From: Vitrella brassicaformis CCMP3155
Lineage: Eukaryota; Protista; Chromerida
Assembly (NCBI GenBank): GCA_001179505.1
Contig: CDMY01000278.1
Location: 1 to 64,000, forward strand
DNA: 64,000 nucleotides
Direction of reading: 5' to 3'
Shown piece by piece: positions 24,723 through 36,280 of the stretch. The first letter of the stretch is position 1, and each line of letters begins with the position of its first letter. The position numbers and the translations under genes are program-made. The notes beneath the pieces were generated by a model, which had not been told where the DNA came from, searched no databases, and saw only the letters and a list, made by a program, of their open reading frames with translations.

Positions 24723-26857
24723 TGAATATCGGTCTGTCTGACGATGTGTGCTATACAATAGCCAGTGAGGTTTGTCGTGCGGTTTTTCGTGCACTTTTTC
24801 CCGATGTATGACAGCTGACCGTTGTATGTAATTCCTCTCGGTCCACACACAAATGCACACATCACACCTGACTATCAAGGCGATGAAATGAATGAGGTCC
24901 CTTTCAGCTGGCAGCAAGAGATTTGTCCCACCACCCACCCTCTCCCGCACACATACACACACACACCCATGCACCCAGAAATGGCTGCGATAGATACCTG
25001 ACGTTGGCGCGCGGAAGAAAGAGAGCGAATTGACACGAAAAGGAATTCATGTGCTTCGATGACTAGTCAGAGAGCGGCGGGTATATACACGCACACAGCT
25101 CCCCCATTGCCATATGAGCGATATATACACACATGTCCCTCCGATGCCTGCCTCGCCCCCCGCCCGTGTCGCCACTGCCGACTTTGTGAGTGCGTGTATT
25201 GTGTTTGCTGCTGGAGCCAAGAGAGTGGTAGTAGTGTGCGTGTGGATGCGGCCATTCACTCTTGGAGTGACTCCACACCTGTGGGCCTGAGACTCATGAA
25301 TATTTCGCATGGCTGACTGCTTCCCTCCGTGTGTGGGTGTGCGGAGGAAGGCAACCACGTGTTCGTGTGTTGTGTCATATTTTTGGGTGTCCACGTTTCT
25401 GAGGTTGTCTGTGTGTCTCTCTCTCTCTCTCCGTGTGTGTCTTGGTGTGTGTGTGTGTGTGTGTGGTGTCTGTGAGAAAGAGAAAGAAACTGTGTTCGGG
25501 TTGACCTCCCCCCTGGGTGAATCACCTCTGTGTCGTGTAAACGTCTCAACTGGTTAATTAGCAGTCAGTCACGGCACCATACCATGCACACACACACCAT
25601 CCACACCACACATCATTGTCTGTCTGTCCACCATGCTGCCTGCCTCGACCGACCTTTCAGGTCTTGACACGCTCACACACAACGCAGGGGCACCCGCGCG
25701 GGGCACACACGGCCAGCACGTACGAACGCATCTGTCAGAGAGAGTCCTGCCCACCCGGGCCACCACCAGCTGTCCATCCATCCATCCATCCATCCTTCTC
25801 TCTCGCTGGACGGACGCATCTCGTTTGTTTATCGACAGGCCACTGGCGTCACGTCAACACACCCCGACACACCCCCAGGCTACAAACCACCCTCCCACCA
25901 TGCAACGCAATGCAGAAGGAGGCGATCGACCCATCCATGCCATCCATCTTTGTCGGCTGCACCTCGGCAGCCACTAGTCAGTGGCCATCGGTGTGATCCG
26001 CTGCGAAGCTTTCGACCACCTACGGCAACGAACGAACGGGCAGTCTGACGCAACCGCCTGTTCATATGTCGCTGGAGGCATTCTAAAGCGCCGTCGCGTA
26101 CCACACAGAGGCCGAGTAGGCGTCAGCAATAAACCAGACCGGGCCGATTGCGACACCCGTCTGTCTGCTCTCATAGCCTCGCGTTGGGAAGCGAGTGGCG
26201 AGCCATCGGAGCAGGTGACACTCACTCCACACGCTTACCTGCCCTGTCCAGCAAGCACTGAGAACAGGAAGCAGTGGCAAACCGGGAGGGGAGAGAGAGA
26301 GGGGCATAAGATAGATAGGAGGCGGCAAGGGAAGCTGGCTAGACAGACAGACAGACAGGCGAGTTCAAAGCATCAGGTCAGACAGAGAGGGAGTAAGGGT
26401 ATTCACAGAGATAAAGCCGACACTCGTTAGTCAGACCGCATTGTGTGTGTATGTATCACAGACACCCAGGCAGGCAGGCACACAGGCAGACACCCAGCCA
26501 GGCAGGCAGGCAGGCAGGCACCTAATTCATCCATATCCATCCACTCACTGCGTCTCTGTCTGTCTGTGTGCGGGAAAACGTCAGACAGACAGAGAGATGT
26601 TCGCCGATCCGTCCATCATGCAGGCAGACATGCACTCAGTCCGCTCCAAACCACCCCACCCCCTAAAAGCAAAAATGCTGCCGTGGAAGGCAACCACCAA
26701 CACGCGCACACACACACACACGGACAAAGAGAGCGATAGCACTCATCCATCCATCCATCCGAAGAGAAAACAGAAGTCGACGAGCTACGACGCGACGACG
26801 GGAAGCTACCGTCTATCTATCCATCCCGTAGGTCGATCAATCTGTCTGTCTGTCTGT

Positions 26858-29800
26858 CTAGAGTTCGTCGTGCGCCTCGTAGTCCTCCTCGCCGGTGGGG
26901 CCGCCCGCGCCGCCCGCGGCGCCGTAGACGGCCGAGATGATGGGGTTGCAGATCTCCTCGATCTCCTTGTGCTTGGCCTTAATCTCCTCGGCGTCCTCCT
27001 CAGGATGCTCCTGCATCCACTCCTCGCCATCCTTGACCTGAAGTAGTCATCACACAGAGGGAGAGAGAGATATATATATAGAGGGACGGTGACTGGGGGT
27101 GGGAGGGAGGGAGGGAGGGAGGGAGTGGTACCTACCGCGTCGAGAATTTGTTGTTTCTGGTCTTCGTCGAGCTTGTTAGCGAGTTTGTCTTTGTCCTCGA
27201 CGGACTGCTTCATGCTGTGGAGGTAGTTGTCGAACGAGTTCTTGGCGTCGACGCGCTCACGCACCTTCTTGTCCTCCTCAGCGTAGTCCTCCGCCTCCCT
27301 GAGAAGGTATCACATTCACATGTGCGTGTTTTTTGTGTGAGAGGTTGGAAGGTTAGAAGAGGCTCACTTGATCATCTTCTCGATGTCCTCTTGGCTGAGC
27401 CGTCCCTTGTCGTTGGTGATGGTGATCTTTTCTGACTTGCCGGTGCCCTTGTCCTCGGCCGACACGTTCAAGATACCGTTGCTGTCGATCTCAAACGTCA
27501 CCTGGTCGACACACACGCGCACACACATGTAGGCGTCAGCTGACAGGCGTGTTCTGGGTGGTGTGTAGAAAGGTGGCTGACGGACCTCGATCTGTGGGAC
27601 GCCCCTTGGTGCTGGCGGGATGCCGGAGAGCTCGAACTTGCCCAGCAGGTGGTTGTCTTTTGTCATCGGACGCTCTCCCTCAAACACCTAACACACATAC
27701 ACACACATCCATCCATCCATCGGTGCGGCCCCTGTGTGTGCGAGGTATGTAAGCTTGTTTGGTTGCTTGCCTGTATCATGACAGCGGGTTGGTTGTCCTG
27801 GTAGGTCGAGAAGACCTGTGACTTCTTGGTGGGGATGACGGTGTTGCGGTTGATGAGCTTGGTCATGACACCGCCCACCGTCTCGATCCCCAAAGTCAGG
27901 GGCGTCACGTCCAGCAGCAGCAGCTCCTGGCCGCCCTCACCCGACAGAATACCTATCAGGCACCACACAACACAAACACACACAAAGGTGGGCGGGGCGT
28001 GTGCNNNNNNNNNNNNNNNNNNNNNNNNNNNNNNNNNNNNNNNNNNNNNNNNNNNNNNNNNNNNNNNNNNNNNNNNNNNNNNNNNNNNNNNNNNNNNNNN
28101 NNNNNNNNNNNNNNNNNNNNNNNNNNNNNNNNNNNNNNNNNNNNNNNNNNNNNNNNNNNNNNNNNNNNNNNNNNNNNNNNNNNNNNNNNNNNNNNNNNNN
28201 NNNNNNNNNNNNNNNNNNNNNNNNNNNNNNNNNNNNNNNNNNNNNNNNNNNNNNNNNNNNNNNNNNNNNNNNNNNNNNNNNNNNNNNNNNNNNNNNNNNN
28301 NNNNGGGGGGGGGTGCCTGTGCAGTAAGTTACCGGCTTGGACAGCCGCGCCGTATGCGACGGCCTCATCGGGGTTGATGCCCCTGTTGGGCTCCTTGCCG
28401 TTGAAGAAATCCTTGATCAACTGCTGGATCTTCGGAATACGCGTGGAACCGCCAACCAACACGATCTCATCAATCTGTACACACCCACACCCACACACAG
28501 ACGTCGGCCAGGCTCCTGTGGGCGTGTGTTGTGTGGATGGGGATGGGGGTGCGGTGCGCACCTGTGTCTTCTTGAAGCCAGCGTCATCCAGGACATTCTT
28601 GACGGGCTTGAGGGTCTTCTGGAAGAGGTCGTTGTTGAGCTCCTCAAACCTCGCCCTCGTAAGTGTCTCCGAGAAGTCGACGCCCTCGACAAGGCTCTCG
28701 ATCTCGATCCGCGCCTGGTGCGTCGAGCTGAGAGCGCGCTTGCCCTTCTCGACCTCGCGGCGGAGCTTCTGCAGGGCCCTCTTGTCCTTGCTGATGTCCT
28801 TGTCGTACTTCTTCTTGATGACCTTGATGAAGTGGTCCATCACACGCTGGTCGAAATCCTCGCCGCCCAAGTGGGTGTCACCTGAAAAAACCAAACCACA
28901 CACACAAAGAGGGAACAAAAAGGGAGGGAGGGGGTCATGGCGGCGGCTTCTTGTGTTGGCGCCACTCACACACTCACCACTGGTGGCGACGACTTCGAAG
29001 ACGCCGTTGTCGATGGTGAGGAGTGAGACGTCGAATGTGCCGCCGCCGAGGTCATAGACGAGGATGTTCTTCTCCTGCTTCTTGTCCATGCCGTAGGCGA
29101 TGGCCGCCGCAGTGGGCTCGTTGATGATGCGGATCACATTCAGCCCACTGATGGTGCCCGCATCCTTGGTCGCCTGACGCTGCGCGTCGTTGAAATACGC
29201 TGCACACACACACACACACACACACATGGGGAGATGGGACACACACGGGGGGGAGGGGGAGGGGGAGGTAGCGCACCAGGGACAGTGATAACGGCGTGCT
29301 TGACGTCTTTGCCGAGGTAGGCCTCCGCGACCTCCTTCATCTTGACGAGGACCATGGCGGAGATCTCCTCCGGCGCGAACGACTTGGTCTCGCCCTTGAC
29401 CTGCACCTCGATGAAGGGCTTGCCCTCCTTCTCGGCAAGGATGAACGGCAGCAGCTTCTTGTCGCGCTGCACCTCCGTGTCCTTGTACTTGCGACCGATC
29501 AGGCGCTTCACGTCAAACAGGGTCTGAGACGGATTCACCTGCACACACACACAACACAAAACGCGAAACACACACACACGTAGTACGGTGCAGAGGGCGT
29601 GTGGGGGTCTGGGTGTGTGTGTGGGTGTGTGTGGTGTGGCTCACCGTGGCCTGGTTCTTGGCAGCCTCGCCGATGAGCCGCTCGTCTTCGGTGAAGGCGA
29701 CATAGGAGGGCGTGATGCGGTTGCCCTGGTCGTTGGGGATGATCTCCACGCGACCGTTCTTGTAGATGCCCACACACGAGTAGGTCGTGCCCAGGTCAAT

Positions 29801-30061
29801 ACCCACCACAGGACCCTCAACTGCAACACAACACACACCACACACACACAGCGCAGAAGCAGGCGCCATACACGTGTGTCTGCCCCCGAACAGCCCTCTG
29901 TGTGTCTCAGATCTACGCCCCCTGCACAGCGCGGCAGCTGGCCTGCCTCGCTGCAACCATCTGTCAGCCTTCCGTTGCTCACTTTTCTTCTCCTCCTCGG
30001 CGGCCAGAGCTGATGTGGCGATGGCGGCCACCAGGACCGCACCGACGATGAGCGACCTCAT
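26858..30061 (-). CDS. BiP: BiP/GRP78, ER-lumenal HSP70 chaperone, multi-exon
   Basis: Signal peptide [20 protein letters not shown]; [76 protein letters not shown]; C-terminus [10 protein letters not shown]. Confidence 0.98.
28005..28304. other. Assembly gap (300 N) inside a BiP intron
   Basis: Run of N. The flanking exons join seamlessly (GAAVQA|[10 protein letters not shown]), so no BiP coding sequence appears to be missing. Confidence 0.95.
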
Positions 30062-30177
30062 GATGCTCAAAGATGCCCACAGAAGCGCAAAGATGCACAG
30101 CACCGCTGATTCGCGCCGATGTTAACAAAGGCTACACGTGTCAAGCGGAGAAAGAGGCTGCGTGAGATCGATCCCCA

Positions 30178-30185
30178 CCACGTCA
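30178..30185 (-). promoter_or_regulatory. UPRE-like octamer TGACGTGG upstream of BiP, with a G-box CACGTG at 30135-30140
   Basis: Plus strand CCACGTCA at 30178-30185 reads TGACGTGG on the BiP strand, about 120 nt upstream of the ATG. It matches the bZIP UPRE consensus of animals and plants; function here is not shown. Confidence 0.3.
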
Positions 30186-30391
30186 CGTTGCGAGCTGAAC
30201 CCTACACTCCAAACCCTGAAAAAGGCATATTAGGGTTTGTCGGCGCCCGTTGCAAAAAAGGCCAACGCCCCACCGTTGAGGAAACGAAGAGGAAGAAGGT
30301 GACCACACACGGAGGGCAGCACTCGAGGAACTGCAGTGAGTGAGTACCCCTGCGTCCCGGCCGTCCGCACCAGTCCACCACGCCAGCCACG

Positions 30392-32138
30392 ATGGGCGGC
30401 GACAGTGCGGCCATCGAGAGCACCACGCCGTCTTATCCGTCGGTGGACTGGACGTGCCTCGACGAGGAGTATCTGAAGAAGCGGCACCGCACCTACCAGA
30501 GCGCCCTCTTCGACAGCACACACTGGGACGACTGGAAGCCGCGCGATACTGACGTCATCGTTGCCACGGCTTACAAGGTACGTGTAGTAGTGTGTGGGCA
30601 GGGAAAGGGGAACGGCAGATGGTAGTCGTGTTATGGTTTGGTTTGTGTCTGTCTGTCGGTCGATTGCCATACCATTTGGCCAGAGTGGTACGACGTGGAT
30701 GCAGCAGATCATCAACAGTCTGGTGTTCAAGGGCGAGGACCCCCCCGGCAACCAGGCCATCAGCGACATCTCGCCGTGGGTCGACATGAGGGTGCCACCG
30801 AGGGAGGTCAAGATGCCGTCCGTCGAGGCGCAGACGCACCGCCGCGTCCTCAAGTGCCACCTCCCCTCCGACGCACAGCCCATCTATCCCGAGGTCAAGT
30901 ACATCTACGTCGGACGCGATGGCCGCGATGCCTTCATGTCGCTCGCCAAGTGAGAGCCCTGGGAGACGGGGAGGGAGGGAAGCGTGACAATGTGTGCTGC
31001 GCTGTGTGTGTGTGTGTGTCAGCCACTGGAAGTCTGGCAATGACAACTTCTACGCGGGCATCAATGGTGCGCCGGGTCGTGTGGGGCCCCCCATGCCACG
31101 ATGGACCGACTTCCCCGGACTCGACGAGTCGAAATGGTCAGCCAACAGGCAGCGACACCACACCACGCCACGCCGCGCGCACACAGAGTGTATGCTCATG
31201 CTCATCTCTGTGTGTCGGTTGTCTGTTCAGGTTTGACTTGTGGCTGACCAAGGGGTGGTCCACACTGCCCTGGTACGCACACACACCTACACACCCACCC
31301 ACCCACCCACACACATAAACACACACGTGACTCATCTCACCTGTTGCCCTTGTCGGGTGTGTGTGTGTGTGTGGTTTAGGGAGGAGGACGGCTGGCCGTT
31401 TTGGTCTCTGTTCACCAACATGGAGTCGTGGTGGCACCTGCGTGGCCTGCCCAACGTGCTCTTCGTCCACTTCAACAACCTCAAGCAGGACCTCCCCGGC
31501 GAGATGCGACGCATCGCCCAGTTCCTCCAGATCCCCATCGACGAGGCCATCTTCGACAAACAGGTACACACGCACACACACACACACGCACGCACGGCAG
31601 ATGGTCTCATGTGTGTGTGTTGGAAGGTTGAGCGCTGCACGTTTGAGTGGATGAAGAAGAACGGCGACAAGATGGCCCCGGGAGGCGGCGCCTTCTGGGG
31701 CAAAGACGCCAAGGAGGGCGGCAAGGTCTTCATCAACAAGGTAAGCTAGCGACTCACACCACACCCCACACCCCACAGTCCTTCCCACACATGTCGCTTC
31801 GTCTGTCGCTGGTTGCCATCTTCGTTCAGGGCACCAATGGCCGGTGGAGGGACGTGCTGACCCCCGAGCAGGTGGCCGCCTATGAGGCCAAGGCGGCCGC
31901 CCTGCCGGAGAGCTGCGGCCACTGGCTGGCCACGGGCGAGTTCCTCCCGGGAGACATCGGCGCCAAGCTCGTCGAGGGCAAGTACAAGGCTCCCGCCGAG
32001 GGCGGTGCCAAGGACGGCAGCAGCAAGCTCTTCAAGCCGCTGGCCGGCCCCATCGCACTCACATGGCCATTCGACGTGTGCGCCTCCTGCAACGGCCGGC
32101 CGACGTCATCCAAGTCATCCAAATCATCGTCCAAGTGA
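30392..32138 (+). CDS. PAPS-dependent sulfotransferase (Sulfotransfer_1 family), bacterial-type, multi-exon
   Basis: 5'-PSB TAYK|SGTTWMQQI; LKCHLP; 3'-[17 protein letters not shown]; [20 protein letters not shown]; C-terminal FINK|[11 protein letters not shown]...HWLATG. Confidence 0.92.
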
Positions 32139-34115
32139 TCTGATCCACACAGATGACGGCGAGGTGGAGAGGGTGGCTTGTGATGGTGTGTTTGGGGGTG
32201 GGGGGGTGGGTGTTGGTCGTCGTGGGGTGGCAGGGGTGCTGTTGATGTGATGTGCCGTGTGGTGTTCGGTGTTGACGGACGTGCTGTGTGAGCGTCACTT
32301 GTTGATGGCTGCGTGTACAGTACAACACAATGGTTGCTTGGTGCGCCCTGCTGCCTACCTGCGTGTGTGCCTGCGTTCCTGTGGTGTGCACCCCACAGAC
32401 ACCCAAATGGTTTTGGCTGGCTGGCTTGATCCATCCCATCTATCTGTCGTCGGTGTTTTGCCCGCCCGAGTGGTCTTGACTTCTTAACTTTATGACACAG
32501 CACGACAGACAGACAGACACAGCGCAGAGAGGAGAGGAAGACGACATGGAGGTGGCACAGAAAGTATTTTGCCTTCCCTCAGGGCAGGGGGCAGAGCTGA
32601 CAAGCCACCAGAGAGAAGGCCAGGCAACAAGACGAAAATAACACTACACACGCAGCTTTTGCTTCTGGGTGCGTGCGCGTGACATGTGTGTGCCCACTGT
32701 GATGTGCCTCATGTCCACGTGTGACCTTTTCTCGTCGCTTCTGGTAACGTTTCTTCTCTCTGTCGCGTGTGGCGAGAGCCGTTGCGATGGGCGATGAGAA
32801 GAAAAGGCCACACACGGACAGACAGACAGACAGACAGAGAGAAAGAGAGAGTGGCATGCTCCCTTGCCGTGATGCCCTCGGTCTCTGGCAGCTGATGGTC
32901 TCAGCCCCAGTGTTGTCACATCCCATTACCGGCGATGCGACGGCTCTAGGAAAAGATCATCAGATGCAGCTGAGACCGAGGCACCGTGCAGAGAGGGAGC
33001 CGAGGATGAGAGCCAGCCGAGTTAGATGTGTTGTCTTATCCGATTGTGGTTGAGAGAGGAGAGAGATGAGAGCAGATGAGAGCACTTGGGCGTGCGACGG
33101 ATGCGGTGCGATGGGACTGGCGCGTCACCTGCGGCTTGATCGATAGGCGGGTCGACCCGCCGTGGTTGTCTAGATGGTCCCGTTCTGTGTGTGCTGAGTG
33201 AGAGAGACATGACTGATGTGGATCGTGCCGTGCCTGTCATGACCACAGAGAGACCGCCCTGGTGTGTTGGTGTTGGTGTGCGCGGAATTGTGTACCTACC
33301 GACCGACATTGCGATGTCCGTCGTGACGCTGTGCCGATGTCATGGTGCTGTGTGTGGATGGATGGATGGATGTGTGTATGTGTGTGCTGCAGTGCGTGTG
33401 GCTGTTTTGTCCTGCCTGTCGATAGCTAGCTGATGTAATGACTGACATACCATACACACACAGAGGGGAGAGGGGAGAGGGGAGGTTGATTGGTTGTTAC
33501 TGCAGGCTGCGTGTACTTATCACTGTCTTGTCTGTCTGTCTGACATATCCCTCTCATCCTATCCCTCTTGTACAGCACAGAACAGCACAGCACATTCAAC
33601 GGCGCACGGCACGGTCGCTTTATCGACCGGCCGACGGACGCTTACTGCTGCTCTTACCTGTTGTCTAAACACGACTGGCTGGCTCATCTCATCTCATCTG
33701 TGCCTCCCTCGGTGGGTTCTGGTGGTTTAGCTCGTTTCGCCTGATCGGAGGGAGGGGAGGGCCTGCCAGATCAGATAAATGAGTGCAGGTGTTCCCTCCC
33801 GACGGTCTGTCTGGGCGGGCACTGTGCGAACCACCACTGTCGCTGGGCAGGGCACACTGTGTGGCTGCCTGTCTGTCTGGTTTGTGTGGTGGTGAGGTAT
33901 ACAGACACACCGCAAATGGATGGAATTAGATACCAGACTCGCGAGATGTTCAATGCTAGCAGCACCCTTCACCTCACCCCACCCCGGTCCACTCACACCA
34001 CACCAACATACATCACCACATCACCACAACAAAAGTAGTAAGTCTCAAATCGAATCGACAGACACCTGTCACCTGTATGTCTATCGGATAGCACCCAGCC
34101 GGCCGCCCCGCCGCA

Positions 34116-35699
34116 TCATGACGCCCAGGTGTACTTGTGTAGGACGACGTGTCTGTAGGGGTCGTCCACCGACCCGTCGCTCTCAACCTTTTCTGCCAGG
34201 AACACCGCACTCTCATCCTGACCACCACACCATTAATTACATTATGTACACCAATCGCAACCCAGAGCATCCAAGACGGCGACAGCAAGCTGTGTACCTC
34301 TGACGGGTCGACGAGGGGGTTCTCCCGGTACTCTGGAGGAATGGAGACCGCCTCACTCACCAAACCAAGCCGCTCCATCCTGACACACAACACACCACAC
34401 CAGACAGACAGACAGACAGACAGACAGAGAGACAGACGTATGTGACACAGCACCTCTCCCTGTGGGCACCCACGTTCACTCACTGTGCTGTGAAGGTGTC
34501 GGCGCCCTCCCGGTCACTTCTGCTGGCGCACAGGAAGACCCCCTGCGGCCGGGCGAGCAGCCGCGACACGGCCACCGCCAGCCGCCCCCCAGCCTTGTCA
34601 TGGTACACCAGGTCAGCCCCCAAGATCACGTCAAATGATGCCGTGTCGCCCTGTGGCCATGTGGCGGAGTCGCCCCAGTCTAGACGGGCCACGCTCATCT
34701 CCACGCTCTCGTGTTGGTTCATCTGGACGTTGTGCTGGAGGTTCTCTGTGGCGGCTTGGAGGCTGTCTGTGAGCAGCACTGATGAGGGCGGAGGTGTGGA
34801 GTAGTGCGCGCAGGCCAGGCCCTCGAGGCCGCAGCCCGCACCCAACACCAGCACTCTCTTGCCGCCGAAGAATCCCTGTGTGATGTCATGTGACAGGCAG
34901 GCATCACATCACATCAACCGAAATTTATGCGTGTGACTGTTTACTCACCTGTTTGCCCAGGTCGGCCACCCACTGTGCGAGGATGACGCCCGAGCCCCAC
35001 AGGCAGACGCCCGTCGTGTCCGCGCCACTGTCTGTGTCGAAGGTCTGCACACAACCGAGGCCCACCTCCCTCAGACTCAACACACGGCCATCATCACCAC
35101 GGCCGAGCCGTATCCGATAGGTCACGTCCTGCGCAGCGCGGCCTTGGCTTGGTGCCTGTGGGTCCTCGTCTGCCTCTGCGATGGTGTCATCCGTCGCCTG
35201 CTGTGTGATGGTCTTCTCTAGGTCGGCGGCCGACTTGTGCTGCAGCAGCGCCTTGACCGTCTCAGGGTCACCACCTGCAACCAATCGTGAAAGCCCGGGA
35301 CACATACACACACACACACCACTGGGAGAGGTGCGTTGGCTGACCTGAGAAGCCCTCAGACAGTGCACCTCTCCCGAACTCATTCAGGGCGAGCACATCC
35401 AAATCGGTCACATAGGTCGTCAGCAGCCGAACCACGGTGTGGTGTTTGTTCTGCGCCGCCCAGTGAAGGGGCATGTTGCCCGCCTCGTTGGCCAAATGAG
35501 CGGCATTGGCCTCCTTGAGCAGATACTCGACAACGTCTGCGTGCCCGTTGGCGGCCGCCTTGTGGAGGGCGGTGTTGCCGTGGCCGTCCCTATGATTGAC
35601 GTCCATGCCTCGGCGAATGTATGCTTTCAACTCATCGATCTCGCCATATCTGGCGCACTCGAGCATGTCGGCCAGCTCCTCCTCGCTGAATGACGCCAT
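34116..35699 (-). CDS. Yar1-like ankyrin domain fused to a family-16 (METTL21/Efm-like) seven-beta-strand methyltransferase
   Basis: N-term CARYGEIDELK, GNTALHKAAANGHADVVEYLL, GNMPLHWAAQN, NEFGRGALSE. MTase motifs GVCLWGSGVILAQW, VLVLGAGCGLEG, LLTD, LDW, FDVILGADLVY. Last exon DESAVF...HVVLHKYTWAS* (stop 34116-34118). Confidence 0.9.
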
Positions 35700-36280
35700 G
35701 AGACAGGCAGACTTGTGAGTGATGACAGACAGGGGGGGCAGCTGAGCTGCAGATCGAAACATCCATGGGGACCGACCGCATCACACAGCTCATCGTACAT
35801 CATCTCGTTCGTTGAGTTTTTGTGTTTGGAGCTTTTTACTGACCTGATCTGACCGGCTTGTCGTGTGGCGAAGCAAACTCGCCTCACAGAGAGAGCGGTT
35901 TCATGGAATGTCCAAACTCGCCTCACAAGTATGCGAGCTCAGAATGCGAGCTTAGACGAGAGATGCGTCATTCGTTCTCGAAAGCAACGAAGGCTGCTTG
36001 GCTTGGGAAGAAGGCAGAGTTCACTGTATACAGCTCGGGGCTTTTGAGATCCATTCGAGCTCTCGCTCAGCCTCGCCCACAGAAGAGTGTGTTGGTCATC
36101 CTGTGGCGTTCTCGGGGGTCTTATCGGCGTGAGCACAGCCACCCGCTCGGCCCAGCAACCCTTCATCGGTCGCCGACGGCCGGGGCTGCCCCTGCCTGCC
36201 AATCACGCGCCGGCAGTTATCGTCATTCATCGTGGTTGCTGCGGGCAGCGTGTGTTGGAGCCGTAGAGGCGGTCTAGTGG

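Noticed and set aside
24980-26800. Numerous short ORFs in the spacer before BiP
   Set aside because: Low-complexity microsatellite DNA with no domain motif or coherent exon chain; 32500-34000 was rejected for the same reason.
27826-29057. Long ORFs running through X residues
   Set aside because: Artefacts of the 300-N gap plus antisense reading of BiP.
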